A stretch of 64,000 nt of DNA, taken from positions 35,714,001 to 35,778,000 of the forward strand of contig CM052818.1 in the NCBI GenBank assembly GCA_028534125.1, written 5' to 3'. The position numbers were made by a program, and so were the translations under genes. This DNA comes from Lama glama. Taxonomy: Eukaryota. Below the pieces are notes generated by a model. The model saw nothing but the letters and a program-made list of their open reading frames with translations. It did not search any database and had not been told where the DNA came from. Shown here one piece after another: positions 12,701 through 24,700 of this stretch (position 1 is the stretch's first letter; the number at the start of each line of letters is the position of its first letter).

Positions 12701-15700
12701 CTAACCTCCCTCTTATCCCCTTGTAGCCCCTGTCCCCATCCAAGCCACTGTCATCTCCCGACCAGTCATCCTGCTCCTGCCCCAGCCCTGCTGCCCTCTG
12801 TCTCCACACAGCAGTCAAACACCCTCCACTGGTCTCACTCAGAGGAAAAGCCAGAGCATCCAGTCAGGCCGTCAGCGTCCCGGCCCCGGGCTATTGCTCA
12901 GATGCTCCAAGGTCCCACTTCCTGGATCCCAGCCCAAAGAGCTACATGATTTGCCCCTTCAGGTCTTTATCGAAATGTCATCTTCACGGGGACACCTCCC
13001 CTGACCTCCACAACAAGAGTGTGAGCTCCAAGGTCAGGACATTTTGTCTGTGTCCCCAGGAGTTAGAATAACTCTGTCACATAGTAGATACTCGGTAAAT
13101 ACTTGGTAAATGAATGAAAATGAGCTGTTTCCCTGTGTATGGTATTTAATTTACTCTGTCAAGGAAAAAATACTAATGATTGGGGAAGTTGGCTTGTGGA
13201 ATTTACTCAGACTTTTGGAAGGCATTTGACAAGGCTCTACACCAAGAAAGATCTCTGAATCACTGTGTCACTGAGTTATGTTGCAGAAATGGGAATTGGA
13301 ACAATAGGATCTTTCTCTGCTTAGAAAAATCTTAATAGTAGAAATTGATACTAGAAAATTATAGCATTTTAAAAGTAATGTTCTAGAGGAGGTACTGAAT
13401 AGTGAGATTTCTAAGTCTATGAGGCTTCTAAACTCTAGTGAGAAGATTCCAGACTGACAGGAGCTGAGCCCCTCGCTGGGGTGGGCAGCTGGCAGTGTCC
13501 CTGATGGTCACTTCCGTCTGCTGCAGGCCTTGCCGAATGGAGCGCCGCCATCCTCAAAGCCCAGCTCCCCTGCCCTCATCGGGACCAAGGAGCCCAACGG
13601 GAGCATCCACACCAGCGGCTCCACGTCGGAGGAGCCCGAGGAGCAGGATGCCCCAGTGCGTGCAGGGCTGAGGCCTGGGATGTGGGAGGGGACGGGAAGG
13701 GGGGAGGCAAAAGGTGCCGCAGGAAAAGTCCTGTGCTGGGAGGGGGAGACCTGGCCACGGGCCTAGGCCCTGTCCTTTATAGCTGTGTAACCGTGGGCAG
13801 GCCACCTCCCCATCTGCCCCACCCCCCACCCCATCTCCTCATCAGTTACGTGGGGTGGGGGTGGGTGAAGTCAAAAGAGGTGCTAACGTCCGAGGCCTCG
13901 TCTACCCCTGATGTCCCAGAATCCTGCAGATTTGAGGGCAATGAGGACATCCATGAAGATTTCTTTAGGATCCAAGACAATTTTGGAAGTGAGACCTCAG
14001 GGCTGACTTGGTCCAAACCCCACAAGTCCTGTGCACAGATGAGGGGTTTCCAAAGGAATTGACAGGCTGTCCCCCTGAGGTCAGGGTCCATCTTGGGAGA
14101 GCGTCCGTTACTAAGGAGCTTCCTGAGTGTATTCACTGACAGAGGGAGATGCTGGGCCAGGAGTCTCGGTCTTGGAGTGGCCGCTATGGGCTTGTCGGCA
14201 GCACCGCCAGTCTCACTGTGAGGGAGGCAGGAGAACTGCCCCTGGGGCCTTGCGACAGGTGCTGGAGGACGAGGGCAGACAGGGCTGAAGGTAAACTGGG
14301 TTTTTCTTGAGCACCACAACATTCAGTAACTTTCCCCTATTGTGATTTTCTTGATAGGAAGTGGAAATACAAATTCAGTGTTACTCACTAGCAAGGACAC
14401 AGATAGAGGTTTAGCATCCTGTGACTTTTTGTGTCCTCACAATTAGCCAGTGACACACTGCTCCAGATACGCTTCAGGGACAGAGGTTCTTGGTGCTGGA
14501 ACAGAACATCCACTTCACGTTACAGAGAAGAAAACTGAGGCTAGGGGAACATGAATTGTATGGGGTCAGACTGTCAACCAGAGGCTCACTTGAACTTAAG
14601 CCCGGGGTGTCTTGATGCTGGCTTCCAGGATGCACTCTTGGACGCCTACAGACAGCTCTGATGAGGCCAAGACTGATGACTCTGGAATCACAGCCTGGAT
14701 CCATGTGTTTGGAGTTGATGCTTTTCCTTTATGACCAGGAATAAAAATGGTAGCAGGTGCCCCGCCACCCCACTAGCAACTAGGATGTGATTTTTCTCTC
14801 CATCATGTTCCCCCTAAGATCTTCCTTCCCAAAATGAGCCAGATCTGAGCTCCTTTTAAGAGATCTCTTAAGCCCTAGGGGTGCGGGCCCTTTACGTCTT
14901 CGAGGATGCCTATGTGTGTGGCTGTGTGACACCCCCATCCTCGTAGCAGGAGGTGACAGGACTACAGTGGCCTGGCAGCCATCTCAGACTCCAGGTCTTC
15001 CACCCGTGCACCTGGCAGCTGCTCCCCCACACCCTGCCATTAGTGGGCAGCCACTGCTGAGCTTCTGTTAGGGATCCCTGGATCTGGGACCTGGGGTCCC
15101 AGGAAAATCAGGAAGGACTGAGGCTTTGGGTCCAGACCCAAGCAGGACAGAGCCACGTGGGAGCATTGGGAAGGCTTTTCCCATGAAATGGTTCTAAGAG
15201 CCAAGGGCTTAATCCTCATGTGATCCCTTTCGATCTCCTTCCCCCAGCACCACCCAGTCTTTCCCAAACTCCGTCTTTTTTGCCTCCTTGTCCCCGACCC
15301 CCATCCCCCAATGCTGCCCCGCTGCCTTGCAGGCCGACAACCCCTCATTCCCCAACCCCCGCCGGAGGCTGCGCCTTCAGGACCTGGCTGACCGCGTGGT
15401 GGACGCCTCTGAGGACGAGCACGAGCTCAACCAGCTACTCAACGAGGCCCTGCTCGAGCGGGAGTCTGCCCAGGTGTAAGTGGCCCCCGATGTTCAGCCC
15501 TTGGCATGTGCCTTACCCGGCCCCAAGGCGGGGACTGGGGAGTTAGTCTTTTTTTTTTTTCCCCAGTGGCTTCTGGACTTTATGTTTTGCTTAGAAAGTT
15601 CTTCTCCACTATAAGTTTACAGTTCCCTGGGAGTCAGTCTTAAACATGGTCTTTCCTGGCCGGCGAGGCCGATGTGGCATTTGTCTGTCACGGGCTTGTT

Positions 15701-18700
15701 TACCCTGCAGAGTGAAGAAGAGAAACACCTTCCTCCTGTCCATGCGGTTCATGGACCCCGAGATGGAAACCCGCTACTCGGTGGAGAAGGAGAAGCAGAG
15801 TGGGGCTGCCTTCAGCTGCTCCTGTGTCGTCCTGCTCTGTGCGGCCCTGGTGGAGATTCTCATCGACCCCTGGTGAGGGCAGGGCAGGGACAGGCCAGGG
15901 AGGGCGAAAGGCGAGCAGCCCCAGGGAATGCGGGGCTGCGTCTGGACCCCCCTCCTTCTCTCTGCCCCTGGGTCCCAGAGCACTAGTGTCAAAGTGAGGG
16001 TCACACCAGGGCTGAGAAAGCTGAGGGACAGAGGGGTCTGGGGGGAGGGAGACCTTGGCTGGATGGGCCTGAGTGGTTCTGGGACAAGGAGACAGCGGAT
16101 GGGGACGCTCAACCTTAGTCACCAAGGCCCATCCTGCTCCCTTTCTTGGCTCATCTTAGTAAAGACAGAGTTCAGGCTCTGGTGCAGACTGCTCACCTCT
16201 CACAGCAGCAGGTCCTCCGGGGCAGGGCAGGGTGCTCCGGAAAGATGGCTCCCCTTCCTTCCCCCCATCCTGTTCTCCCAGCAGCCGATCAGCAGCTCAC
16301 TCCAGATCAGGGACCCCCTCCAGGAGAAGTGGGTGTGGAGCTCTGTTCTTATCCCAGTTTGGGGAACTTCAAGAGCCTTGGACTCATCACACGGTCTTAG
16401 GTTCTGGACACGGCTTTCTTGCCTGCTTGTTCTATGACCCTGGGCATGTCCCTGAGGGTTCCTGGGGCAGCAGTCTACTCAGCTGTAAAGCCGAAGATGA
16501 TGCTGATGGTGACAGTCTGAGATAACAACACATGCCCTGGCTCACTCAGAACTGTTGTGAGGATCAGAGTCATTCCCTCACTTCACAGAGTTTCTGGCTG
16601 GCTGCCTTGTGCCTGGGGCTGAGGTCTAGGGAGGCGGTGGTGAGTGCTGTCACTCTCAGCAGCCCTGGCAATAAGGGAGCTGCTCTGTTCCGTGCTGTCC
16701 CCTTGCATCCTAGCAACACGGCCGAATGCTCGTTCCTAAGAATCCCTTCCCGGGTTTTAATGGGCTCTGCCCAGGGCCTCTGTGAGTCTGTCCTTTGGGA
16801 AGAATCCCGGGGACAGTTACAGCTGGGAGGGTCACAGGTCCCCAGGCCCTGCACACACCACAGTCGGCAGCCCTCCCACCCCTGTGTGTCTCGTCTGTCC
16901 AGCAAGCGGCAGCAAGGCCCTGGCGTCACACAGAACTTCTCTGGTACAGGCTGTGCCCTGCTTACAGGGCCTGCCCCCCTCCCTTCCTTTACTCTGCTGG
17001 CCGCTAACCCAACTCATGACTCCCTCTGGTCCCTGCCCTGATTGCTTTCTCTCTGTTACAGGCTCATGACAAACTATGTGACTTTTGTGGTTGGGGAGGT
17101 TCTGCTCCTGATCCTGACAGTCTGCTCCATGGCTGCCATCTTTCCCCAGGTAAGAAGCTCTTTTCCTTTTGGCTCAGAGCCCTCGAAGTGAGCCTCAGCC
17201 CTGCAGAAGTGGGCATGCACAGAGCTGTGTGTCCTGTCAGGTCCTCAGCGGTAGATTGTCTTCCACTGGGGTGGCTCGGGCATTTGTCCCGTTGTTTACT
17301 ACACACTCCTTCATCATCACCTCCGCATCTGCTTTGGGCGAGGCCCTGGAGCACACTCGGAGGAGTGAGCCAGAGTCTAGAAAAGTAGGAACCTGTGTAG
17401 AAAAGCTGCGAAGGCCCAGTGGGAAGGTAAACTGGCTCCAGTGGTGAAGGACCCTGAAAGCCGACACGGGGACTGAGACCTGCCCCTGTGAGCCCTGGGA
17501 GCCAGGCAGAGTTTTGATCCGAATGACAAGGAAAAGTAGTGTTTAGGAAAATTAACCTGGCAGGTGGCGTGCAAGTAACTTGGGAGAATTAGGTCTACTG
17601 ACTCAGGAGAAGCCAGGCAAAGACAGCTGGCACTGAAAATTCTCCCCTGACCTGGCTTTGCCACGCAGAGACAGGGAGGGGACTGCCGCCGGCAGGTGAT
17701 GCCCCCACTCCTGGCCAGCAGCAAGTCAGCTCCAGGAAGGGCATGTGCACCGCCGGCAGGACTGGCACAGGCAGAGCCGGGCTCCCCGCACTCGCTTCTC
17801 AGTTCTGACGGTCAGTTTGGGTGACACACACACAGAGCACTGTTTTCTAGGTTCCTGGGAAGTGTGGGAGCAGCCAGAGTGGTTAGCAGTCGTGTTTGCA
17901 GGCTCAAGGCCCTTGACATTCCACCCTTCTAGGCCTTTCCCAAGAAGCTCGTGGCCTTCTCGACTTGGATCGACCGGACCCGCTGGGCCAGGAATACCTG
18001 GGCCATGCTGGCCGTCTTCATTCTGGTTATGGCAAACGTCGTGGACATGGTGAGCCCCTGCTGTCCTGTTGAAGGGACTCCCACTTTCAGAGGAGGCTTC
18101 CAGATCGGTGGGCACCAGCCATCTGCCAGCCCCTTCCTCCAGTGCTAGACACAATTCTGGAGTGGCATATAGGTCCCTAAATGATCATCCTGGCCAAATT
18201 GCGGGGGCCTTCTCCCCAGCCGGAGACTCCCCAGTGAGACTACCTTGTCTCCTCCAGCTCCTTGCCCTCCCCAAGTCCAGGAGCCCAACACCAGGTCCTG
18301 TGCTGGGTGCTTTCCATACATTGACTCATTTAATCTGTATAATAATCCCAGGAGGTCGGTATCATTTGTAGTTTCTTGTAAAGAAATGATGCTCAGAGAG
18401 GTCACATAGCTAGTAACAGTGTTGAGAACTGAAACAGTCCTAAATCCCAGTCCTGTGTTTCTTCCTCCATATCTTGCTGCTTGGGGGGCCCCCATACTCC
18501 TAAGCATTCTGCGTATCTTAAGCACTCCCTACTGTGTGGCTAGTGTTAGGCATCCTTCAGGACAAGAGAGGTAAACCTGTTCCACCAGAGACGCTCTCCT
18601 GTCTGGCCTTCATCCCCTTGAATAAGGCCAGACCTTCCTGAGGGCGGAGCTTCACAGAGCCCAGATGAGATCTCTTCTCTGCTCTCCTCAATTCATGTGG

Positions 18701-21700
18701 GTCGCAGGAGGGGGCAGCCAGATGCCTCCTTGGGGAGAAGGGACCGCCGTTGGAAGCCAGCAGCCCTTTACTGGGCACTGGGGGCTTGGCGCCGACACTG
18801 ATGCTCTCGTCAGCCCTCGCGGCTCCGCTCCCTCCAGTGCTGATGGTACCATACATGCCCTCCTACAGAGTCAGGGACTTTTTTCAAATATGGTATTACA
18901 TTACTTGCTTCATTATCTTTAACAACTGAAGCCCGGGAGAAAACTCGGTATGGGGACTTATTCTGGCAGCAGTACAGGTGACAAGCCTGTGGGCCAGCTG
19001 GTCAGAGTCCAGCTGGAATGGAGTGAGGAGCTCCAGAACCTGGCGTGCCCACAGGCTGCCGGTGCCCACAGCACAGGGCAGGGAAGCCCCGGGCCTCCTG
19101 GTGTCAGGACACACCTGGAGCCTGGTGCCCAGGTCTGGGGACCTCTGTTTAACAGGGTCATGGATTCTGGCAGGACATCTGTGGATCCTGTCACCAGTGG
19201 GAGGTGAAAAACTAGAGGTGTGAAAACTTTTCTCATGCTAGAGTCATGTTGAGAGTGTCCCCAAAGCCAGGCAAGTGGCAATGGATGAAAATTATGAAAA
19301 GTCAGTTTGATTCAGTTTATAGATGCACTTTCCATTGACCACATCCACCCAGTGATGGGATCGGCCACCAGACTTCAGAAATGAAGGGTCATGGGGACTG
19401 GCTGCTGTCACAGTGAGGCTGAGGGGAGGCTGGCTGGCTGGCCCCCGGCCACTCCGGAAGCAGCAATGTGATGTGGGTTTGAAACCTAAGACTGGATCCG
19501 TAGCTCTGCTTTACCACTGGCCGATAGTGCTGCTTTGGGCAAGTGTGGCCTCTGTTTTCTGTGTGATGGTGGCGGTACTAACAATACTCTGAGGGTTGTC
19601 ACGATCATCCGAGGAGGTGATGGTAAAGCTCTTAGCAGGAATCACTAACGTCTGCTTTACTGTCCCTTGGCACACGTTCCCTTCTTTCTCCGTGTTTCTG
19701 AGGGAGCCAGGGGAAGGGGCAGCCGCCCGCAGCCCAGCTTTCTCTGACCAGTGTCTGCTGTTCCCTTGCACCCGGTGTTCGCCCGGCGGTCCTGGCCTCC
19801 AGCTCAGCTGTCTCCAGTACTACTCGGGGCCCAGCAACAGCACGGCGGGGGTGCAGGTGGAGGACGGCTGCGTGGAGAATCCCAAGTACTACAACTACGT
19901 GGCTGTGCTGTCCCTCATTGCCACCATCATGCTGGTGCAGGTCAGCCATATGGTGAAGCTCACGCTCATGTTGCTCATCGCCGGGGCCGTGGCCGTCATC
20001 AACATCCACGCCTGGCGCCCCATCTTCGATGAATACGACCACAGACGTTTCCAGGAACATGAGTACGATGGGGCCTGTTTGGGGATCTATATGGTCTCCT
20101 TCCTCCCCGCCTCCCAGTCCCCACTTCAAGGTCATGGGCCTGCCCTCAGCTGTCCATCTCTAGGGCTCATCAGAGGCTTGCATGGGAATCAGGGCTTATG
20201 GCTTCTCAGACGTGCCACTGGGTGGCTGTAATCCCGGGAGAGATCCTTTCCATTCTTGAGGACTGGAAGATCTGGGTCACCTCGGTGTTTGGCTGGGCAC
20301 CAGCCTCTTGTACCCAGATGGGGCCCGAGTGTGCTATTATCTGTCCCCACAGCTTTCCGACAGTCGCCTTAGAGAAGATGCAGGTGTTCTCCAGCCCTGG
20401 GCTCAATGGCACTGACAGGTAAGGGTGACTGCTTTCCTGTCCTGGTCTGTGTTTGCGGCCCCTTTCTTCTAGAGACAGGAAACACAACAGGCCAAAGCCC
20501 CACAGTCTCATCCTTTCAAAGGCACATGATGTGGGATGTTCAAGCTAGAGAAGTTAGTATGTGTTTCTAGAGGAGACCGGGGCAGATTGTAGCACTGAGC
20601 TGGCCGCGCTGGCCTGTCCTGAGTCAGAGAGAGCGAAGCGTGGAGAGCAGTGGCATGGGGGTTCAGAGGCTGGGGTAAAGCAGTTGAGGCTGGGTTGCGG
20701 TAAAGAGAAGGAACAGCCAAACGAGTGATCACTGATTTACTGGCTGCCAGAACAGCAGAAGGATAAGGAGGAAAGAAGACTACTGTATCCAGACTAGAAG
20801 ACATGGATCCTTTCCCTGCCTCGGTGACGCTCTAGGGGGCCTCAGGCAGGCCCATTTCCTGAGTCTAAGTTTCATCTCTTGAAGAGGGTGTTGGACTAGA
20901 AATTCTTCAAAGTCCTTTCTGCCTCCAAAGTTTTAGAATTATATGATTCAGTGACTTAACTAGACTTTTAAGTAAGTTAGAAAAGAAAAGATTACCTAAC
21001 AGAAGATGGGTAGAAGACTTGAATAGGACCTTAACAAAAGAAGTCAAAATGGCCACTAATAAATGAAAGGCTTCAGGTAATCAGGGACATTCACATTAAG
21101 ACCACAGCAAAAGACCATCACATACCTACCAGTTTGGCCAGAATTAAGAAGTCTGATAACATCATGTAAATGTAACTCATACACTCTTGATGGGAGTACA
21201 GCCATTTTAGAAAATAATTTGGGGTTATTTAGTAAAGCAATTCCACTGCTACGTATACACCTTGGAGAAATTAATAGACATGTAAGTCACAAGATATATC
21301 TACAAGAATATCCAAAATTGCACTGTTCATAATAACCACACACATATAACATCCAAAACCAAATGAAAACAACCCAAGACATCAGCAGTAAGTGGATATA
21401 TAAATTGTGGTGTTATACTCACACAACAGAACACTACAATAGAAGTAATTTACAGCTCCACACAAAAATGTGTGAAAGCTACAAAAAAGCGCGGTGAAAC
21501 TGCCCTAGTCCCATCACTGAGATGTTAGTCTCCCCCTTCTCCAGATTCCTACACGGTTGCAGCTACTGTTGTGATCAGGTGACGCAGAGTTTATTAAACG
21601 TCTGGGGAGCAGCCCTGAAGCCCTGGTGTGGATTCCAGGAGCTGGCTGGCTGTTAAGACAGAAACCCAGTGATTTCAGAAAGCTGTACTGGGCAGAGAGC

Positions 21701-24700
21701 GTCTGGACTTGATGTGAAGGCACTTAAGCTGTGGGGAGAAGTTTCTGGGGTGAGGTGACGGGAAGCAGCACCACCACACTAGAGGGGACAAAACTCCCTT
21801 CTGGGAGGGTAGCGCGGGCCCCCAGAGCAATGCTCTCGCCCCACAGGCTGCCCCTGGTGCCTTCCAAGTACTCCATGACGGCCATGGTCTTCGTCATGAT
21901 GCTGAGCTTCTACTACTTCTCCCGCCACGTGAGTGCCGCACACACCCCTCCTCTTCAGCAGCACCTGTCAGGGCCTTCTAAGCAGCAGCCCCAGGATCTA
22001 ACCCGAGCGCCTGGGGTGCTGGCACGTGACCCTGGTCAAGCCGCCCCTCTGCGTGCTCTGCCTTCTTCCTCAGGAATAACCGAGCAGCAGTTCTTCATCG
22101 CTCCCTTCTCGCCTCCTGCGGGGAGCTGAAGGAAGCCTGGTTAAAATCTGTATTCCCGAGGCCAGGGACTCATGGATCTCCGCTCAGCCTGCCCTGGGGG
22201 TCACTAACACACTGACCGCAGAGCCAGAAAATAAAGGGAAAGAAGCTGATAGTTATGGGTTAAAAGGAAAATGAGGAAGAGGGCGGGAAAGTACCGGTGC
22301 ATGGGACACGTCCGTGTTAGCTCGGGTGCCACCCAGCGGCTCGTCAGGAAAGTGCAGCCTCCCCAGCCACTTCGTGGCCAAATGGAGCGTCCTGGATATG
22401 GAGCCACCTCCTCCCGCGCCGCCCCCGCACCCCACCCCCCTCCCGCCAGCCCTGGGCTAGGAGGTCTCCACAGCCACTCCCCCGCCCCAAGGCAGACTTG
22501 TAGCCAAAATTAGGCCCCAGGAGGCCCCACACACAGGCTAGGACCCTCAGCGGAATTGTAGGCCGGCTTTTCTGACACGGTGAAATCTTTCTGGGTCTCA
22601 TTTCCCTTGCCATTTAGCCGTCTTCCCTTCAGTTTTTCCATAATGGAACCTCTCCATTTAAGTTCCCATTTTTCATCCTTCCATCAAACGGCCAGCTCAG
22701 AGTACACACCTTGCCTGTGTCTGTGTCCATAGGTGGAGAAACTGGCACGGACATTGTTCCTGTGGAAGATTGAGGTCCACGACCAGAAGGAACGTGTCTA
22801 CGAGATGCGGCGTTGGAACGAGGCCTTGGTCACTAACATGCTGCCTGAGCATGTGGCACGTCACTTCCTGGGGTCCAAGAAGAGAGATGAGGTGAGGGGT
22901 AGCCTCGTGCTGGAGCCTGGAGCTGTGAGGTTGTCTTCACCTGGCTTTCTGCCTTCTCGTGATATGGCCCAGGAGGGCTGGACCTAACCAGCAACCACAA
23001 TATTAAAAGCAAGAATCCCATGGGCTTTTGGTAACAGGCACTGCTGCATTGTTTCTATGGGCCACATCCCTATGAGGCTGCTTCAGATGGCTAAACCCCA
23101 CCTTTCTGTGACTCTGATTGGCTGCCTGGTTCTCACGCCTCACTGCCTAGCTCCACCCTACACTCCTTCTCATACTGGGGCTGTTGCAGGGACTGGAGAA
23201 ACTTTTTAAAAAATTATTCAAAGTTGTGATGAGTTACTTTCTAATAATGCAGAGTTGGGATAATCTGAGATGTGTGTCCAAAAAGATGACTGCACATGTC
23301 ACGGGTGTGGAAGGCAGATTCCTTTGTGAAGCACATCATACAGTTTGTCAGACTTTGAGCCCTCTGGCCCTGCCTCTTTTAGGAGCTGTACAGTCAGTCT
23401 TACGATGAGATTGGAGTCATGTTTGCCTCCCTGCCCAACTTCGCTGACTTCTACACAGAGGAGAGCATCAATAACGGGGGCATCGAGTGTCTGCGCTTCC
23501 TCAACGAGATCATCTCAGATTTTGACTCTGTGAGTGCCCCTCCTGCCCTCTTCCTCCTGCCACGAAGCCAGCCTCTTCCAGGTTACAGGCTGCAGAAGTC
23601 AGAAAGAATTTGGAGTTACTCTAGCTCTTTTGTTTATAAACACCCCTCCACAAGCATATGGCTTCTGCAGCCATCTGCAAACGGTGGGTGCCAAGTGGGA
23701 GCCTGGGCCATCACCCTCAAGTTCACAGGGGGAGGACTGGCCAAAACAAGACCCTGGGGGCCCTGATTCCTCCGACCCTCAAAATTCAGATTCAGGAAAC
23801 ATTTATCAGGTAACCCGTGTACCAGGGAAATGCTTTTACATACATGCTCAACCGCCCTAGGAGACGGCACTTTTCCCCCCATGTTAAGATGGTAGAAGCT
23901 GAAGCTCAGAAAATCAGGGTGTTTGTCCAGGATCACGTGGCAGATACGCGGCTGAATGAAGCGTTTATAGGAAAACCTCTCTTGGATGTCTTGAGGGGTT
24001 GTAAACAGACAAATCTGTCATTTAGTTGGCTCATTCATCTCCCCTGATTGTGCTGACAGTTATCTCTTCCTTAATACTGGCTTCAGCTCTTGGACAACCC
24101 CAAATTCCGGGTCATCACCAAGATCAAAACCATCGGCAGCACCTACATGGCAGCTTCAGGAGTCACCCCTGATGTCAACACCAACGGCTTCACCAGCTCC
24201 AACAAGGTAGCTAACCAGCTCACTGGCTAGAGATGGGGCCCTGCCTCCCGAGGTAGGAGAAAGGCAGCTCATGCGTAGCATGGAGGATGCAGTAAGTTAT
24301 GAGTAGCTGCTATCAAGTGCTGCTGTGAGAGGGGTCCCAGACACACACCCACTAGCACCATGTGGTACAAATATAAAATGGAGTTCACTGAGTTGAGTGA
24401 GCACAGAGGAACACACACAACCCCCCAATACTGTTCCATAGCTTAGGCCAGGCATGAGATGGTTTGTGTAACTGTGGCCACGTCCCATTAGCACCCTACA
24501 CTTTAATCAGAACTGGGAACAGGACCCATCTACACAATTCTGTAACATGAAGATGTCCAGGTGGGGGAGTTGGATCTGTTAGAAGAGGGGAGTCCCTGGT
24601 GCCCACTGGCTGACAGCCTGTTCTTGTTAATTAGGACCTGTGGGGCCAGCTGTTTAGCTTCCAGAATGAGAGGAAATGAGCTGGGGACCCTGGCCCCAAG

